DNA of 64,000 nt from Candidatus Latescibacterota bacterium (GCA_965204745.1 OZ242010.1:4864001-4928000), one strand, 5' to 3'. Positions 28,005 to 38,372 are shown, numbered from the stretch's first letter. The notes: generated from the letters alone by a model not told the origin. A program made the numbers and translations.

Positions 28005-29312
28005 ATGAGCAGAAGACCCAATTTTGTGGTGATTTTTTTGGACGATTCCGGATGGGCTGATTTTCGGCCCTTTGGGCAAACAGCGTATCCCACACCCCAT
28101 GTGGAAAATTTGGCCGCGGGGGGGTGTTGCCACCACCAGTTTTACGTGCCGCAGGCGATCTGTTCGGCGTCGCGGGCTTCGTTGCTGACTGGGTGTTATC
28201 CGGGCAGGCACAAGGTCTATGGCGCGATTCCGCCCCGGGCACGCGGGTTGGATCCCAGTTTTGCCACGATGGCCGAGGTGCTCAAGCCGGCCGGGTACGC
28301 CACGGGGGTGTTTGGCAAGTGGCATATTGGCGATCATCCGGACACGCGCCCGCCCGCTCGGGGGTTTGACGAGTCCTCGGGGTTGATGTATTCCAATGAC
28401 ATGTGGAAGTACCATCCGCAGAGCCGGCACTTTGACGACTGTGAATTGCAGTTTTGGAAAAATGGGGAAATCGCCATCGACGATGTGACGCCCGAACAGC
28501 AGAAGATGTTGACGACTTGGTACACCGAGCACGCGGTCGATTTTATCACACGCCACGCGGACGAGCCGTTTTTCCTGTACGTCCCCCACAATATGCCGCA
28601 TGTGCCCCTGTTTTGCAGCGATGCGTTTGAGGGCAAATCGGGTGTGGGCCTGTATGCCGATGTGATGATGGAAATAGATTGGTCCGTGGGGCAGATCACG
28701 GGCGCTTTGGAGAAAGCGGGCGTGGCAGATGATACGGTGGTGGTTTTTACGTCGGATAATGGCCCGTGGATTTCTTATGGCAATCACGCGGGCACGACCC
28801 CGTACCGCGAGGCCAAGGGCACGGGATTTGACGGGGGTACGAGATCCGCGTGTGTGACGCGCTATCCCAAAGGCATTCCCGCGGGCGAGACGTCGCATCG
28901 GGCGTTTTGCTCGGTGGATTTGTTGCCCACGTTTGCAAAACTGGCCGGGGCCGCGTTGCCCGATTATCCCATCGATGGGGTTGATGTTTGGGATATTGTG
29001 ACGTGCCAGCCGCACGCGACAAATCCGCATGCGTATTATCCCGTGTCAACTGCGCGAAATTTCGATGGGGTGGTCAGCGGCGATGGCAAGTGGAAACTGC
29101 ATTTGCCCCACGATTACCGCACGCTTGTAGAGGCCGGCAACGACGGGCAGCCCGGGCGATATGAGACCGCGCACATCGAGTTGTCGCTGTTCGACATGGA
29201 GAACGATCCCTACGAGACGACCAATGTGATCGACGACTACCCCGAAGTGGCGCGCAAACTTCAAACACTCGCGGAACGGCATCGGGACAAGTGGTGGGTG
29301 GAAAAACAGTAA
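28005..29312 (+). CDS. Formylglycine-dependent sulfatase (Cys type), no signal peptide
   Basis: PNFVVIFLDD.G, CSASRASLLTG, FGKWHIG, TSDNGP, DPYET.NV. Confidence 0.93.
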   Translation: MSRRPNFVVIFLDDSGWADFRPFGQTAYPTPHVENLAAGGCCHHQFYVPQAICSASRASLLTGCYPGRHKVYGAIPPRARGLDPSFATMAEVLKPAGYATGVFGKWHIGDHPDTRPPARGFDESSGLMYSNDMWKYHPQSRHFDDCELQFWKNGEIAIDDVTPEQQKMLTTWYTEHAVDFITRHADEPFFLYVPHNMPHVPLFCSDAFEGKSGVGLYADVMMEIDWSVGQITGALEKAGVADDTVVVFTSDNGPWISYGNHAGTTPYREAKGTGFDGGTRSACVTRYPKGIPAGETSHRAFCSVDLLPTFAKLAGAALPDYPIDGVDVWDIVTCQPHATNPHAYYPVSTARNFDGVVSGDGKWKLHLPHDYRTLVEAGNDGQPGRYETAHIELSLFDMENDPYETTNVIDDYPEVARKLQTLAERHRDKWWVEKQ

Positions 29313-29318
29313 GCGGCG

Positions 29319-29993
29319 TCACTCGGGGCGCGGCATTTGGACCACCGCGTACCAATCCCGGCCAAAATCCCGAAGTTCGTACAACCCGGCAAATCCGCTT
29401 GCGATCAGGGCGTCTTCAACCTCGCGTTTGGCGTATAACCACAGAGGGCAACCGCGCAGGCGGTATCGGACGCGGCGTTGCCGGGCCAAAAATCCGTTTG
29501 ACTTTGGAAAACTCGCGTAAAACGCGCCCGTGACTTCTGTGGTCAATTTTTTTAGGACCGGGACCGGGTCTTCCACATAATCGAAAAATCCCATCAAACA
29601 CGCCGCGTCAAATGTCCTGTCAAAACGCACGGACAGATAGTCGCCCAAGACGAGTTCCACGCGGGGCCCCACGCCGAGAGACGCGATGTGGTCTCGCGCA
29701 ATCTCGATCATCCCGGCTGCGAGATCGATTCCCACCACCTCTTTGCCCTGCCGCGCAAACGCGACCGCGTAGCGCCCCGATCCACATCCCACATCCAAGA
29801 CCGAGCAAATCGCCGGGTTTTGCGCTTGCCGCAGGGTTTCCTCAAAGCGGCGCGCCATCACCTGTCGAAACGCGCGGTCGATCCATCTGCCGAATGCACG
29901 CCTGCGCTTTGTATGCCCGTAGATCGCGTCGAAATCTGCGGCATACGCGTCGAAAAATTGCCCGACTGCTCGCGTGGCTTCCCGCGCTTTCAT
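29319..29993 (-). CDS. Class I SAM-dependent methyltransferase
   Basis: VLDVGCGSGR, GIDLAAGM, MGFFDY. Confidence 0.88.
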   Translation of the reverse strand: MKAREATRAVGQFFDAYAADFDAIYGHTKRRRAFGRWIDRAFRQVMARRFEETLRQAQNPAICSVLDVGCGSGRYAVAFARQGKEVVGIDLAAGMIEIARDHIASLGVGPRVELVLGDYLSVRFDRTFDAACLMGFFDYVEDPVPVLKKLTTEVTGAFYASFPKSNGFLARQRRVRYRLRGCPLWLYAKREVEDALIASGFAGLYELRDFGRDWYAVVQMPRPE

Positions 29994-31138
29994 CTCGCGA
30001 TTTCCCTTCGGTAAATGGCGTCCAATTCCCGCACCATCGCGCGGTGATCCCAGCGCGCGATGGCGTGTTCGTATGCGCGGTTGCCAAACGCCCCCCTCAT
30101 CTCGGCATCGCAGAGCAACAGTTCCAAACGCTCGGCCATGCCTGCGATATCGCCTTGGGGTACGACAAAACCCGACTGCCCATCGGTGGCGATTTCCCTG
30201 ATGCCTTCCACCTCAAACGACACGGTGGGCAAGCGCGCTAAGGACGCTTCCACTGCAACGCCGGGCAAGCCCTCGCGCAAAGAGGACGAGAGGTGGACGG
30301 ACGCTATCGCATAAGCCGGCGCGACATCGCGCAAAAAGCCCGCAAAAATGACCCGATCCGCAACGCCCAATTCCCGACAGAGCCGCTCGCACGCAGCGCG
30401 CTCGTCGCCTTCGCCCACCAACAACAAGCGGGCATGGGAGGTTCGCAATTTGGCAAATGCCGCGATGGCATAGCGTTGCGCTTTGGCCCGCGAGAAGCGC
30501 CCGATATTGACCAGCACGGGCGCGCGTTGGGGGATGCCCAGTTCGCGGCGAAAGGCGTCTCGTTGCACTTCGCGCAACCGCCGTTCAAAATCCGCCACGT
30601 CGATGCCGCTGTACACGACCCGTTGCGGAATGCCGCGCCCGATTTTTTGTCGGCGATAATGCCGAAGCGCGTCTCGGCCCACCGCGATGATCAAATCGCA
30701 AGCCCATATCGTCGTTTTTTCCAGCGCGATGTAGAACTGCCGTTGCAGGCGGGTGCCCGGTTCGTTAAACACCACGCCGTGAAGCCCGTAGATGACCCGC
30801 TTGCAACCGGCCCATCGCGCGGCGAGGCGGCCCAACAGGCTCGCTTTGCTTTCGTGCGTGTGAACCAAGTCGAATCGCTCGCGGCGAATCAAGCGCACAA
30901 ACCACAGCAACGCACGCCAATCGCGCCACGGGCGGATTTCCCGATCCAAATGCGGGCAGATATGCGCGGAAACCCCCGGCAATTTGAGGAGATCGCCCCG
31001 CTCGATTTGCCGCCCGACCGCGAGGTGAATCTCGTAATCCCTCCGCATGGCTTTCATCGAAAGATACACATTGCGATCCGCGCCACCGCCGGGCGCGAGC
31101 CACGTCATGGTGTGGAGTATTTTGGGTCGTCGGGTCAT
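29990..31138 (-). CDS. GT4 glycosyltransferase
   Basis: GGADRN, DLVHTHESKA, IGRFSRAK, SLREGLPGVAVEA. Confidence 0.92.
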   Translation of the reverse strand: MTRRPKILHTMTWLAPGGGADRNVYLSMKAMRRDYEIHLAVGRQIERGDLLKLPGVSAHICPHLDREIRPWRDWRALLWFVRLIRRERFDLVHTHESKASLLGRLAARWAGCKRVIYGLHGVVFNEPGTRLQRQFYIALEKTTIWACDLIIAVGRDALRHYRRQKIGRGIPQRVVYSGIDVADFERRLREVQRDAFRRELGIPQRAPVLVNIGRFSRAKAQRYAIAAFAKLRTSHARLLLVGEGDERAACERLCRELGVADRVIFAGFLRDVAPAYAIASVHLSSSLREGLPGVAVEASLARLPTVSFEVEGIREIATDGQSGFVVPQGDIAGMAERLELLLCDAEMRGAFGNRAYEHAIARWDHRAMVRELDAIYRREIAR

Positions 31139-31169
31139 AACCAAGGGGGCGGACATTTCTCGCTGATTC

Positions 31170-31246
31170 GCCACAAAAGGCACAAAATCACAAAAGGGTA
31201 CTTTGAATTAGCTGTCGCCAGTTGTACACCGAAGCTTTTTGTGGCT
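31170..31246. repeat. Nonamer repeat GCCACAAAAGGCACAAAA with a downstream inverted TTTTTGTGGCT
   Basis: Same family as 15516-15599. Confidence 0.65.
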
Positions 31247-31330
31247 TCCTGTGAACGGCAACAAAAACCGGCGTTCACACGGCCCGATGGGCAACGCAAA
31301 CGCCGGAAAACAAAAAAGAGAAAGCGGGCA

Positions 31331-32305
31331 TCAGGATTCGTAGTATTCGATGATGCGCCGCAAGGTGCTGTCCAAACTGATTTTGGGGTCGTAGCCCGTG
31401 ATGTTTTTGATTTTGGTCAAATCGGGGATGCGGTAGTTGAGGTCTTCGTAGGACCCTTTTGCAAATGCTTTGTCGTAAGGCACAAATTCGATGGGCGAGT
31501 CGCTTTCGGTCAGTTCCTTGATTTTTTCCGCGAGGTTCCGAATGCAAATCTCATTGGTCTCGTGATTCCCGCCCAAGTTGAAAATCTCGCCCGGCGCATG
31601 GTCGTGTTCCATCAATGCCGTCAGCCCGTCTAAGGCGTCTTCGATATCGGTGAAGCACCGCCGTTGCTCGCCATCGTTATAGACCGTGATGGGATGCCCC
31701 AACAATGCCTGCTTGACGAAGCGCGGCACCACCATGCCGTATTCCGCACTTTGCCGAGGGCCGATGACATTGAAAAAGCGCACCATGATCACGGGCAACT
31801 TTTTTTCTCGCCAATAGGCCAAGCCGAGCATTTCGCCGACCGCTTTGGACGTGGAGTAAATCCAGCGCGTGACCGTGGTTGGGCCCAGCAAGCGGTCGTC
31901 GTCTTCGCTGAAGGTCGCGGACCCGTTTTTCTTGCCCGCGACTTCGGAGGTGGAGGCCAACAACACCCGTTTCTTTTCCTTATTCGCCAATTCCAACAGG
32001 AGTTCGGTGCCGCGGATATTCGTGGTCAAGGACTGCAAGGGATTGTTGATCACGTAATTGACGCCCACGGAAGCCGCCAGATGGTAAATGACGTCACTCC
32101 AATTGACCAAGGGCTTGAGCGTTTCCAGATCGAGCACTGTGCCCACTTTCATGCGAAACCGCGGGTTGTTTTCGAGGTGCCGCACATTGTCCAAATCTCC
32201 GGTTGAAAGATCGTCTAAAACGTAAACTTCGTGGTCCTGTTTCAACAGACGTTCGGCCAGATGAGAGCCAATAAAACCCGCACCGCCCGTAACCAAAAAT
32301 CTCAT
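31331..32305 (-). CDS. NAD-dependent nucleotide-sugar epimerase/dehydratase
   Basis: LVTGGAGFIGSHL, LASTSEV, YSTSK (YxxxK), RFFNVIGPRQ, GMVVPRF. Confidence 0.93.
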   Translation of the reverse strand: MRFLVTGGAGFIGSHLAERLLKQDHEVYVLDDLSTGDLDNVRHLENNPRFRMKVGTVLDLETLKPLVNWSDVIYHLAASVGVNYVINNPLQSLTTNIRGTELLLELANKEKKRVLLASTSEVAGKKNGSATFSEDDDRLLGPTTVTRWIYSTSKAVGEMLGLAYWREKKLPVIMVRFFNVIGPRQSAEYGMVVPRFVKQALLGHPITVYNDGEQRRCFTDIEDALDGLTALMEHDHAPGEIFNLGGNHETNEICIRNLAEKIKELTESDSPIEFVPYDKAFAKGSYEDLNYRIPDLTKIKNITGYDPKISLDSTLRRIIEYYES

Positions 32306-32424
32306 GTAGTCATTCCTTTCTCAATGCGACCACTTCTCTTTCGCGATACAGATGCCTTTGTCAAAAACACCCTAATATAAGGTCTTGAATGATTAAAGGC
32401 AATGAGAAATCCAAAAGGCGAAAT

Positions 32425-33273
32425 TCATCGCTCCAAATGCCCCGATTCGCGCTTTTGCACGCGCGCTACAATCTCGCCCAATGTCCCGAAAGAGAAATCG
32501 GTCAACAAGCGGCGCAATCGGGGTTCTGCGACTTTCAAATTGGCGTAGTGCGTCAACCGCGCTTTCCAATAAAACGCGAGCCGAGGCTGATCGGGATCGA
32601 GTTCCCAGGGGTGAAAATAAAAAACCACGGCCCGCCCGCGATGGCCCACTGCCCGCATATTTGCGCGGCTTACAAAATAGGGGAACAGCCGAAAATACGC
32701 GCCCCCGGTGACGGGCCATCGCAGGGTCCCCACTTGGCGCACGGACATCGGAATTTCGCAAATCGGCCCGGCAGGGGTTTCGATCATGCGCGGCGCCAAC
32801 TCAAAATCCGGTATCCCATAACGCCAGTTCCGCACCGGAAAAATGCTCGAATCGCATTGAAACCCGAGTTCTGCCAAAATATCCAAGGCCCACAGGGACC
32901 GCCTCGTAATGGAGAAATAGGCCGCGCGATACGCGGTGACGCGCTGCCCGGTCGCATCGCCTATCGCATCGCAGGCCCGCTGCGTTTCAGCGCGAAATCG
33001 GTCGGGCGTCATTTCGTAGATCAAGTCGTGTGACCATCCGTGGCAACCCAATTCGTGACCCTCATCCGCGATGCGCCGGATCAAGTCGGGATATTCTCGG
33101 GCCACGGGGCCCAAAATGAAAAACGTGCCGCGCACGCCAAACTCGGCCATTGTATCGAGCAAGCGATGGCAACACCCTTCGAGGCGCGGCTCAACTCGCG
33201 CCGATTCCCGAGCTGAAATGGGGATGCCCTGGTACCAATCTTCTACATCCACTGTAAAAGCGTGGCGCGTCAT
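32425..33273 (-). CDS. Polysaccharide deacetylase with DUF3473 (XrtA/PEP-CTERM-associated type)
   Basis: FTVDVEDWYQ, GHELGCHGWSH, YRAAYFS, GGAYFRL, FYFHPWELDPDQP. Confidence 0.9.
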   Translation of the reverse strand: MTRHAFTVDVEDWYQGIPISARESARVEPRLEGCCHRLLDTMAEFGVRGTFFILGPVAREYPDLIRRIADEGHELGCHGWSHDLIYEMTPDRFRAETQRACDAIGDATGQRVTAYRAAYFSITRRSLWALDILAELGFQCDSSIFPVRNWRYGIPDFELAPRMIETPAGPICEIPMSVRQVGTLRWPVTGGAYFRLFPYFVSRANMRAVGHRGRAVVFYFHPWELDPDQPRLAFYWKARLTHYANLKVAEPRLRRLLTDFSFGTLGEIVARVQKRESGHLER

Positions 33274-34337
33274 GATCTGCTCTGTTTGAGAAGGCCGAGC
33301 AGTTGTTCGCCGCTCTTTTCGAGCGCGTAATGCGCGACCACCCGTGCGCGACCCGCCGTGCCCATGCGAGTGCGTAGGGCCTTGTCGCCGATCAATTTGC
33401 CCAAAAATGCGATCCATTCGGCGTCTGTCTCGGCCAAGAAACCGGTCTCTCCGTGCGCGACTATTTCGCGGTTGATCTCGACCGGGCTCGCGACCACGGG
33501 CAAGCCCACGGCCATGTATTGCAACAATTTGTACCCCCCCTTGCCTCGCGTAAAAGGATCGTCGGGCAAGGGCATCAGGCCGATGTCAAATGCCTGCAAA
33601 TGACCGACTTCGGTTTCTATCGTCCAGTTCTCGTGCGTCATCGGCACTATGTCTAGATCAAAATCGCCCGCGCCGATCAGGTGCAATTCCAAATGGGGAT
33701 GGCGCCGCGCCAGGGCGATCAAGGGGGCGCGGATCAGATCCAGATACCGCGTTGTCGTGGGGCTGCCGATCCATCCCAATACGACCTTTTTGCTCGGGGC
33801 TTTTGACGTGGGGCTATAACGCGCCGTATCCACAGGCCCGGTGAGTTGCGACACGGCCGCGCAATAACGGGCCGCAAATTCGGCGGTATAGGCATTTTCG
33901 ACAATGGCGTGGTGGGCGCATTGCAACATCGCGGGGAGGCCGGCAGCGCGGCGGCGGGTACGCATGCGATTTATCCAATTCGCACGGGGATTTTCAAGGG
34001 TAAAGATGGCGTCGTCAAAATCGAAAAAAATTTTGTGCTTATACCGCCGCAACAGCCGTGGGATGGGGAAGGAAAACAGGGATTTTTGAATGAGGATTGC
34101 ATCGTAGCGAGACGCGGTCAAAACGCACATCCAACCGGTGTACAAGGCGCGACAATAGGAACGCACATAATACCATAGGCCGGAGAAAACGCCACTGCGC
34201 TCGACCGTGGCATCGGGCGTCACCACGCGGACATCACACGCGAGGCCCGCGCGACGCAACAGGGGCAGATAGTCAAAAACCCGCGTGCGACTGCTGGCGG
34301 CCAGAGGCCCGTACTGCGCGACGAATAGGACTTTCAT
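33270..34337 (-). CDS. GT4 glycosyltransferase
   Basis: FDFDDAIF, LGWIGSPTT, DIGLMPL, GKGGYKLLQYMAVGLPVVASP. Confidence 0.92.
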   Translation of the reverse strand: MKVLFVAQYGPLAASSRTRVFDYLPLLRRAGLACDVRVVTPDATVERSGVFSGLWYYVRSYCRALYTGWMCVLTASRYDAILIQKSLFSFPIPRLLRRYKHKIFFDFDDAIFTLENPRANWINRMRTRRRAAGLPAMLQCAHHAIVENAYTAEFAARYCAAVSQLTGPVDTARYSPTSKAPSKKVVLGWIGSPTTTRYLDLIRAPLIALARRHPHLELHLIGAGDFDLDIVPMTHENWTIETEVGHLQAFDIGLMPLPDDPFTRGKGGYKLLQYMAVGLPVVASPVEINREIVAHGETGFLAETDAEWIAFLGKLIGDKALRTRMGTAGRARVVAHYALEKSGEQLLGLLKQSRS

Positions 34338-34344
34338 AAGCGCG

Positions 34345-35397
34345 TCAAATCCAGCCGTGTTGCGTGGTCACGGGCGAGCCAGAGGTTTGGGTGAACCAGC
34401 CCGGCCCGCTTTCCAAAGCGACTTCCCGCCCGGTGATGGCAGATCGTTCGGCGGCGAATAGGATTTCCATAATGTGACGCGCCCATTCGCCGTGCGTGGG
34501 CGGCTCGATGTCCTGCGCGATGGCTTCGGCAAATGCTTTCCACTCGTTGTGCATTTGCGCGGGGGGATCGTCAAAGGGAATGTCTTCCCACCGATTGTTT
34601 TTTCCCAGTTTGACGTATTTCTCGCCGGACTCGGCAAAGCGCAAGGTGCCATTTGCACAGATAACCTGACAGTCGTAATTGGGCGCGCCATCGGCAAATC
34701 CAACGGCGACAGCGACGCCTGCCTGCCCGTTTTTGTAGCGGATAAAAGCCGTGGCCGAATCATCGGCGGCCTGGTAGTGGGCGCGGGTTCCTATGGAGGC
34801 CGAGACGGATACGGCCTGCGAGGCCATCACCCATGTGAGGCGATCGACGACGTGGACGCCATTGGTCAACCACATCCCGCCGCCGTGGTAGCGGCTGCGG
34901 TACTGCGGGCGGCGACCGGCATAGCCCCAGTTTTTGGACATATAACACACGGCGGTGATGACCGGCCCCAGTTCGCCGGAGTCGAGGATTTCTTTTGCCT
35001 TGATGCTGGTGCCGTAGTAGTGCTGCGTCAGGCCGACCATCAGTTTGACCCGGTTGTTGGCTGCGGCTTGGATCATCTCGTCGCACTGTTGCAAGTTGAT
35101 GCCCATGGGCTTTTCCACCAAGACGTGTTTGCCCGCATGGCAAGCGTCTGTGGTGAGGCGATGGTGGAGTTGGTGGCCCAAGGTGATGGCGACCGCGTCG
35201 ATGTCACGGTCTTGCAAGAGTTCGGCATGTGTGGCATAGCTTTTGGGAATGTCGTATTTGCCCATGTATTCGCGGCGTTTGTCCTCAATGAGGTCCGCAA
35301 CCGCGACAATTTCGACATTGTCCAGCGTTGCTATGGCGTCGCAATGCGCCCGTGCAATGCCGCCCAACCCGATGATTCCAACTTTCAGCGTGTCCAT
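34345..35397 (-). CDS. Gfo/Idh/MocA family oxidoreductase
   Basis: KVGIIGLGGIA, GKHVLVEKP, GGGMWLTNGVHVVD; AGGAG SD. Confidence 0.92.
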   Translation of the reverse strand: MDTLKVGIIGLGGIARAHCDAIATLDNVEIVAVADLIEDKRREYMGKYDIPKSYATHAELLQDRDIDAVAITLGHQLHHRLTTDACHAGKHVLVEKPMGINLQQCDEMIQAAANNRVKLMVGLTQHYYGTSIKAKEILDSGELGPVITAVCYMSKNWGYAGRRPQYRSRYHGGGMWLTNGVHVVDRLTWVMASQAVSVSASIGTRAHYQAADDSATAFIRYKNGQAGVAVAVGFADGAPNYDCQVICANGTLRFAESGEKYVKLGKNNRWEDIPFDDPPAQMHNEWKAFAEAIAQDIEPPTHGEWARHIMEILFAAERSAITGREVALESGPGWFTQTSGSPVTTQHGWI

Positions 35398-35461
35398 TGT
35401 GTTTCTCCTAAAGCGAATCGACGACTTTTGTATCTCGTTATGGCAAAACCCGCCGCTCACA

Positions 35462-35517
35462 TCTTACCTCTCACGTCTCACGTCTTACCTCTCCCGTCTT
35501 ACCTCTCACGTCTCACC
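35462..35517. repeat. Heptamer array TCT(C/T)(A/C)C(C/G) x8
   Basis: Counted directly; contains the TGA stop of the upstream dehydrogenase. Confidence 0.9.
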
Positions 35518-36508
35518 ATTGAATCACCGCGCCGATGACATTTTTGACTTCGCCGGTGAGGATGTTTCGATAGAGCTTTGGCGCGTCTGAGGATGCGACT
35601 CGATGGGTGATGGTGTGTTGCCACGGAAGAACGCCATTGCCCATGTTTTTGATGACCGCACGGCGGCAAGGGGCTTCGCCATCGTTGCAGGGATAGTACA
35701 TGGTGAGGCGTTTGCCGTGGGGCGGTAAGAAGTTGTAGGAGATGGGATGGCGGCCGTAATTGCCCTGAAGGATGAAGGTTCCGAGGCGGCGGCAAAGCGC
35801 GATGGCCGGGTCGATGCAGGTGGGGATACCCGTGCATTCAAAGACCACGTCTGCACCGTCGGGGGCGATGTCGAAAACGGCTTGGTTCGCATCGGTGCCT
35901 TGAACGAGATGGTCCGCGCCGAATTTTTGCGCGATAGCGAGGCGATCTGCCTCCAAGTCTATGGCGATGACCTCGCAACCCCGATGGCTACATGCCGCGA
36001 TCACGCCCAAGCCCACGAGGCCACAGCCATATACGACGACGCGGTCGCCCATTCGGGGATTCGCCATGTCCACGCCATTGAGGCCCACGGCGGGCATGAC
36101 AAACAAACTCGCGGCGGCTTCGTCAATGCCATCGGGCAGATGGGCGACAAAGGCGCGGGGGCCATGTGTGTCTAAGACCGCGGCAGAAGCATGCGCGCCC
36201 TGGCAGGCAGAGACTTTTTGACCCTCGAGCGCGATGGCGCGATTCCAGCGGTAATACACGCGGTCGCCCACCGCAAAGCCCGTGGTGCTTTCGCCCGCGT
36301 GTTCGACGATGCCAACGGCCTGATAGCCCGTACACAGGGGATAGGGTCCGTAGTCGAGCTTTCGGGTGATGGCGGCAAATTCCGTGCCGATGCTGACGCC
36401 GGAATACCGGGTTCGCACCACCAATTGATCTGGCTCTGGGTCGGGAAGAACGACCTCTTCGCAGGCAAAGCTGGGGCCTTTGTGGGCGATGAGTGCTTTG
36501 GCGTTCAC
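35513..36508 (-). CDS. Zinc-type (MDR) alcohol dehydrogenase-like oxidoreductase
   Basis: SGVSIGTE, GYQAVG, VYGCGLVG, VVFECTG; GTG start with AGGAG SD. Confidence 0.87.
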   Translation of the reverse strand: MNAKALIAHKGPSFACEEVVLPDPEPDQLVVRTRYSGVSIGTEFAAITRKLDYGPYPLCTGYQAVGIVEHAGESTTGFAVGDRVYYRWNRAIALEGQKVSACQGAHASAAVLDTHGPRAFVAHLPDGIDEAAASLFVMPAVGLNGVDMANPRMGDRVVVYGCGLVGLGVIAACSHRGCEVIAIDLEADRLAIAQKFGADHLVQGTDANQAVFDIAPDGADVVFECTGIPTCIDPAIALCRRLGTFILQGNYGRHPISYNFLPPHGKRLTMYYPCNDGEAPCRRAVIKNMGNGVLPWQHTITHRVASSDAPKLYRNILTGEVKNVIGAVIQW

Positions 36509-36553
36509 AATATAGCTCCTGTGCATTTTACAAATCTACGGCTCGGGGTTTGC

Positions 36554-36704
36554 GTGTTGCAACTCTCACGCAGGTGCCACCTCGAATTGCCTCTTGCCTC
36601 TTGCCTCTTGCTTCTTGCCTCTCGCCTCTTACCTCTTGCCTCTTACCTCTTACCTCTTGCCTCTCCCCGCTGTATTGCAACTCTCACGCAGGTGCCACCT
36701 CAAA
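36554..36704. repeat. 33-bp direct repeat pair flanking a CCTCTT(G/A) heptamer array
   Basis: GTGTTGCAACTCTCACGCAGGTGCCACCTCGAA at 36554 and, with 2 mismatches, at 36672. Confidence 0.9.
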
Positions 36705-38231
36705 AGCCACCAAGTTGCGGGTCTTTTTGCTGAATGTCGTTGCGATGAGATGAATCGGCAGGCCAGAATCTCGATACTTGTCCGCGTAGTGCCGCGCTCG
36801 CAGTTGCGACAGGGCTATGCCCTCGGAGTCCGATTCGACCACTTTGAACTCGAACAAGTAGATGTTGGCGTTGAAACGCACCGCCATGTCCAAACGCCCG
36901 TGGCTACTGCTGTCCTCTACGGTGATGTCTAGCCCTAGCGACGCAAAGTAGGAGTAGAACACACTGGCGTAGTAACCTTCGTAGTCGGCGATGTCGTTTT
37001 TCGTGTGCCACTGGTAGGGGATGCTGGCGAAGAATGCCTTGAACAGCGTCTCGAGGCCAGAAAAATCGTTGATGGACAGCAGTTTGTATAACTGGACGAT
37101 GTGCGCGGTCTGGGTGGGCGCATTGCTTAGCAGGTGACGCAGCAGGCTTTGGTTCAGGCTTTGGCGCACCTCTTGGTTGGGATACCCCAGTTGATAGAGG
37201 GGTTGCCCGACTAGGTCCTCCTCGTCCTGTATGGTGAGATAGCCGGTCTGAAACAACAGGGCTTCGGTAGCCATGTGGTCGATGTCGAAAGCAGACAGCA
37301 ACTCGTCGGTGCCGATCATGCGCTCCAGATCAAAGGAACTGACTCTGCGTGCCATTAGGGTCTCGATCAGAAAGGTCGGCGTGGCGGTCTCGAACCAGTA
37401 GGCGCCGAACCGACGGCGGCGAAAGAGCAGAAGCACATCGAAGGGGTTATAGACCCGCTCGTTCCCCAGCCAGTTGTAGCCATTGTACCAGCGGCGGATT
37501 TCGTCGCGATCCAAGCCGGGGAGTTCCGGCGCAAACACCGCGTCCAGATCCGCATCCGTGTACCCGCACAGGGCGGAGTAGCGCGGTTCGAGGGTGATGT
37601 CGATGAGATTGTTGAGCCCAGAGAACAGGCTGACCTTGGAAAACTTGCTCACGCCGGTGAGGAACGCAAACTTGATGTGTGCGTCGGCGAACTTGATGGT
37701 CGCATACAACCCGCGCAGAAAATTGCGGTTGGCACGGGCGATTTCCGGATCTTCCAGCGCGTCTAAAATCGGCTTGTCATACTCGTCGATCAGCACCACA
37801 ACCCGCTGTCCCGCACGCTCGTGCAATGCCTCGATCAGAAAGGCAAAACGCCCCGGTGCTGTCGCAGACTCGCCGACTATCCCGGCTCGGCGTTCAATGG
37901 CGGTCAGTTGTTCCATGACGTTCGCCTGGAGGTGCCCCGGCACCCCATAGTCTCCGTTGCTGAAGTCGATCCGCACCACCGGATAGCGAACCGACCAATC
38001 CCAGTGGTCGTAGATGTCGAGCCCCTCAAATAGCGGCGCAGTGCCCTCGAACAATTCCTTCAGCGTATCGAGGAACAGACTCTTGCCAAAGCGGCGCGGG
38101 CGAGAGAGGAAGTAGAGCTTGCCTTCATCGACCAACCGCCGGATGTAGGCGGTCTTATCGACATAGTAATGGTTCTGCTCGCGAATCTCGCGGAAGGTCT
38201 GCATGCCAATGGGCAGTTTGCGTTTATCCAT
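36684..38231 (-). CDS. AAA-ATPase-like + PD-(D/E)xK nuclease protein, copy 1 (515 aa)
   Basis: KLPIG.QTF, YVDKT, RPRRFGKS (Walker A), LIDEYDKP (Walker B), LTGVSKF, YPNQEV, GRLDM...FEFK. Confidence 0.92.
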   Translation of the reverse strand: MDKRKLPIGMQTFREIREQNHYYVDKTAYIRRLVDEGKLYFLSRPRRFGKSLFLDTLKELFEGTAPLFEGLDIYDHWDWSVRYPVVRIDFSNGDYGVPGHLQANVMEQLTAIERRAGIVGESATAPGRFAFLIEALHERAGQRVVVLIDEYDKPILDALEDPEIARANRNFLRGLYATIKFADAHIKFAFLTGVSKFSKVSLFSGLNNLIDITLEPRYSALCGYTDADLDAVFAPELPGLDRDEIRRWYNGYNWLGNERVYNPFDVLLLFRRRRFGAYWFETATPTFLIETLMARRVSSFDLERMIGTDELLSAFDIDHMATEALLFQTGYLTIQDEEDLVGQPLYQLGYPNQEVRQSLNQSLLRHLLSNAPTQTAHIVQLYKLLSINDFSGLETLFKAFFASIPYQWHTKNDIADYEGYYASVFYSYFASLGLDITVEDSSSHGRLDMAVRFNANIYLFEFKVVESDSEGIALSQLRARHYADKYRDSGLPIHLIATTFSKKTRNLVAFEVAPA

Positions 38232-38372
38232 CCTTTCCCCCTTCAAGAGCCGAATCCCGTTTCGCAGGTGCCATCTACCCATATTGCAAGCGGTTAATGC
38301 CCAAGCCGAAGATACCACAACATATACGGTCATGTATCTGGCGGGTGGTCATATCTACGGCTCGGGGTTTGC

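Noticed and set aside
38232-38333. N-terminal extensions of the AAA genes (also 40009-40101) and other long upstream extensions in the ORF track
   Set aside because: The family begins at M..RKLPIG, and better SD-linked downstream starts exist.
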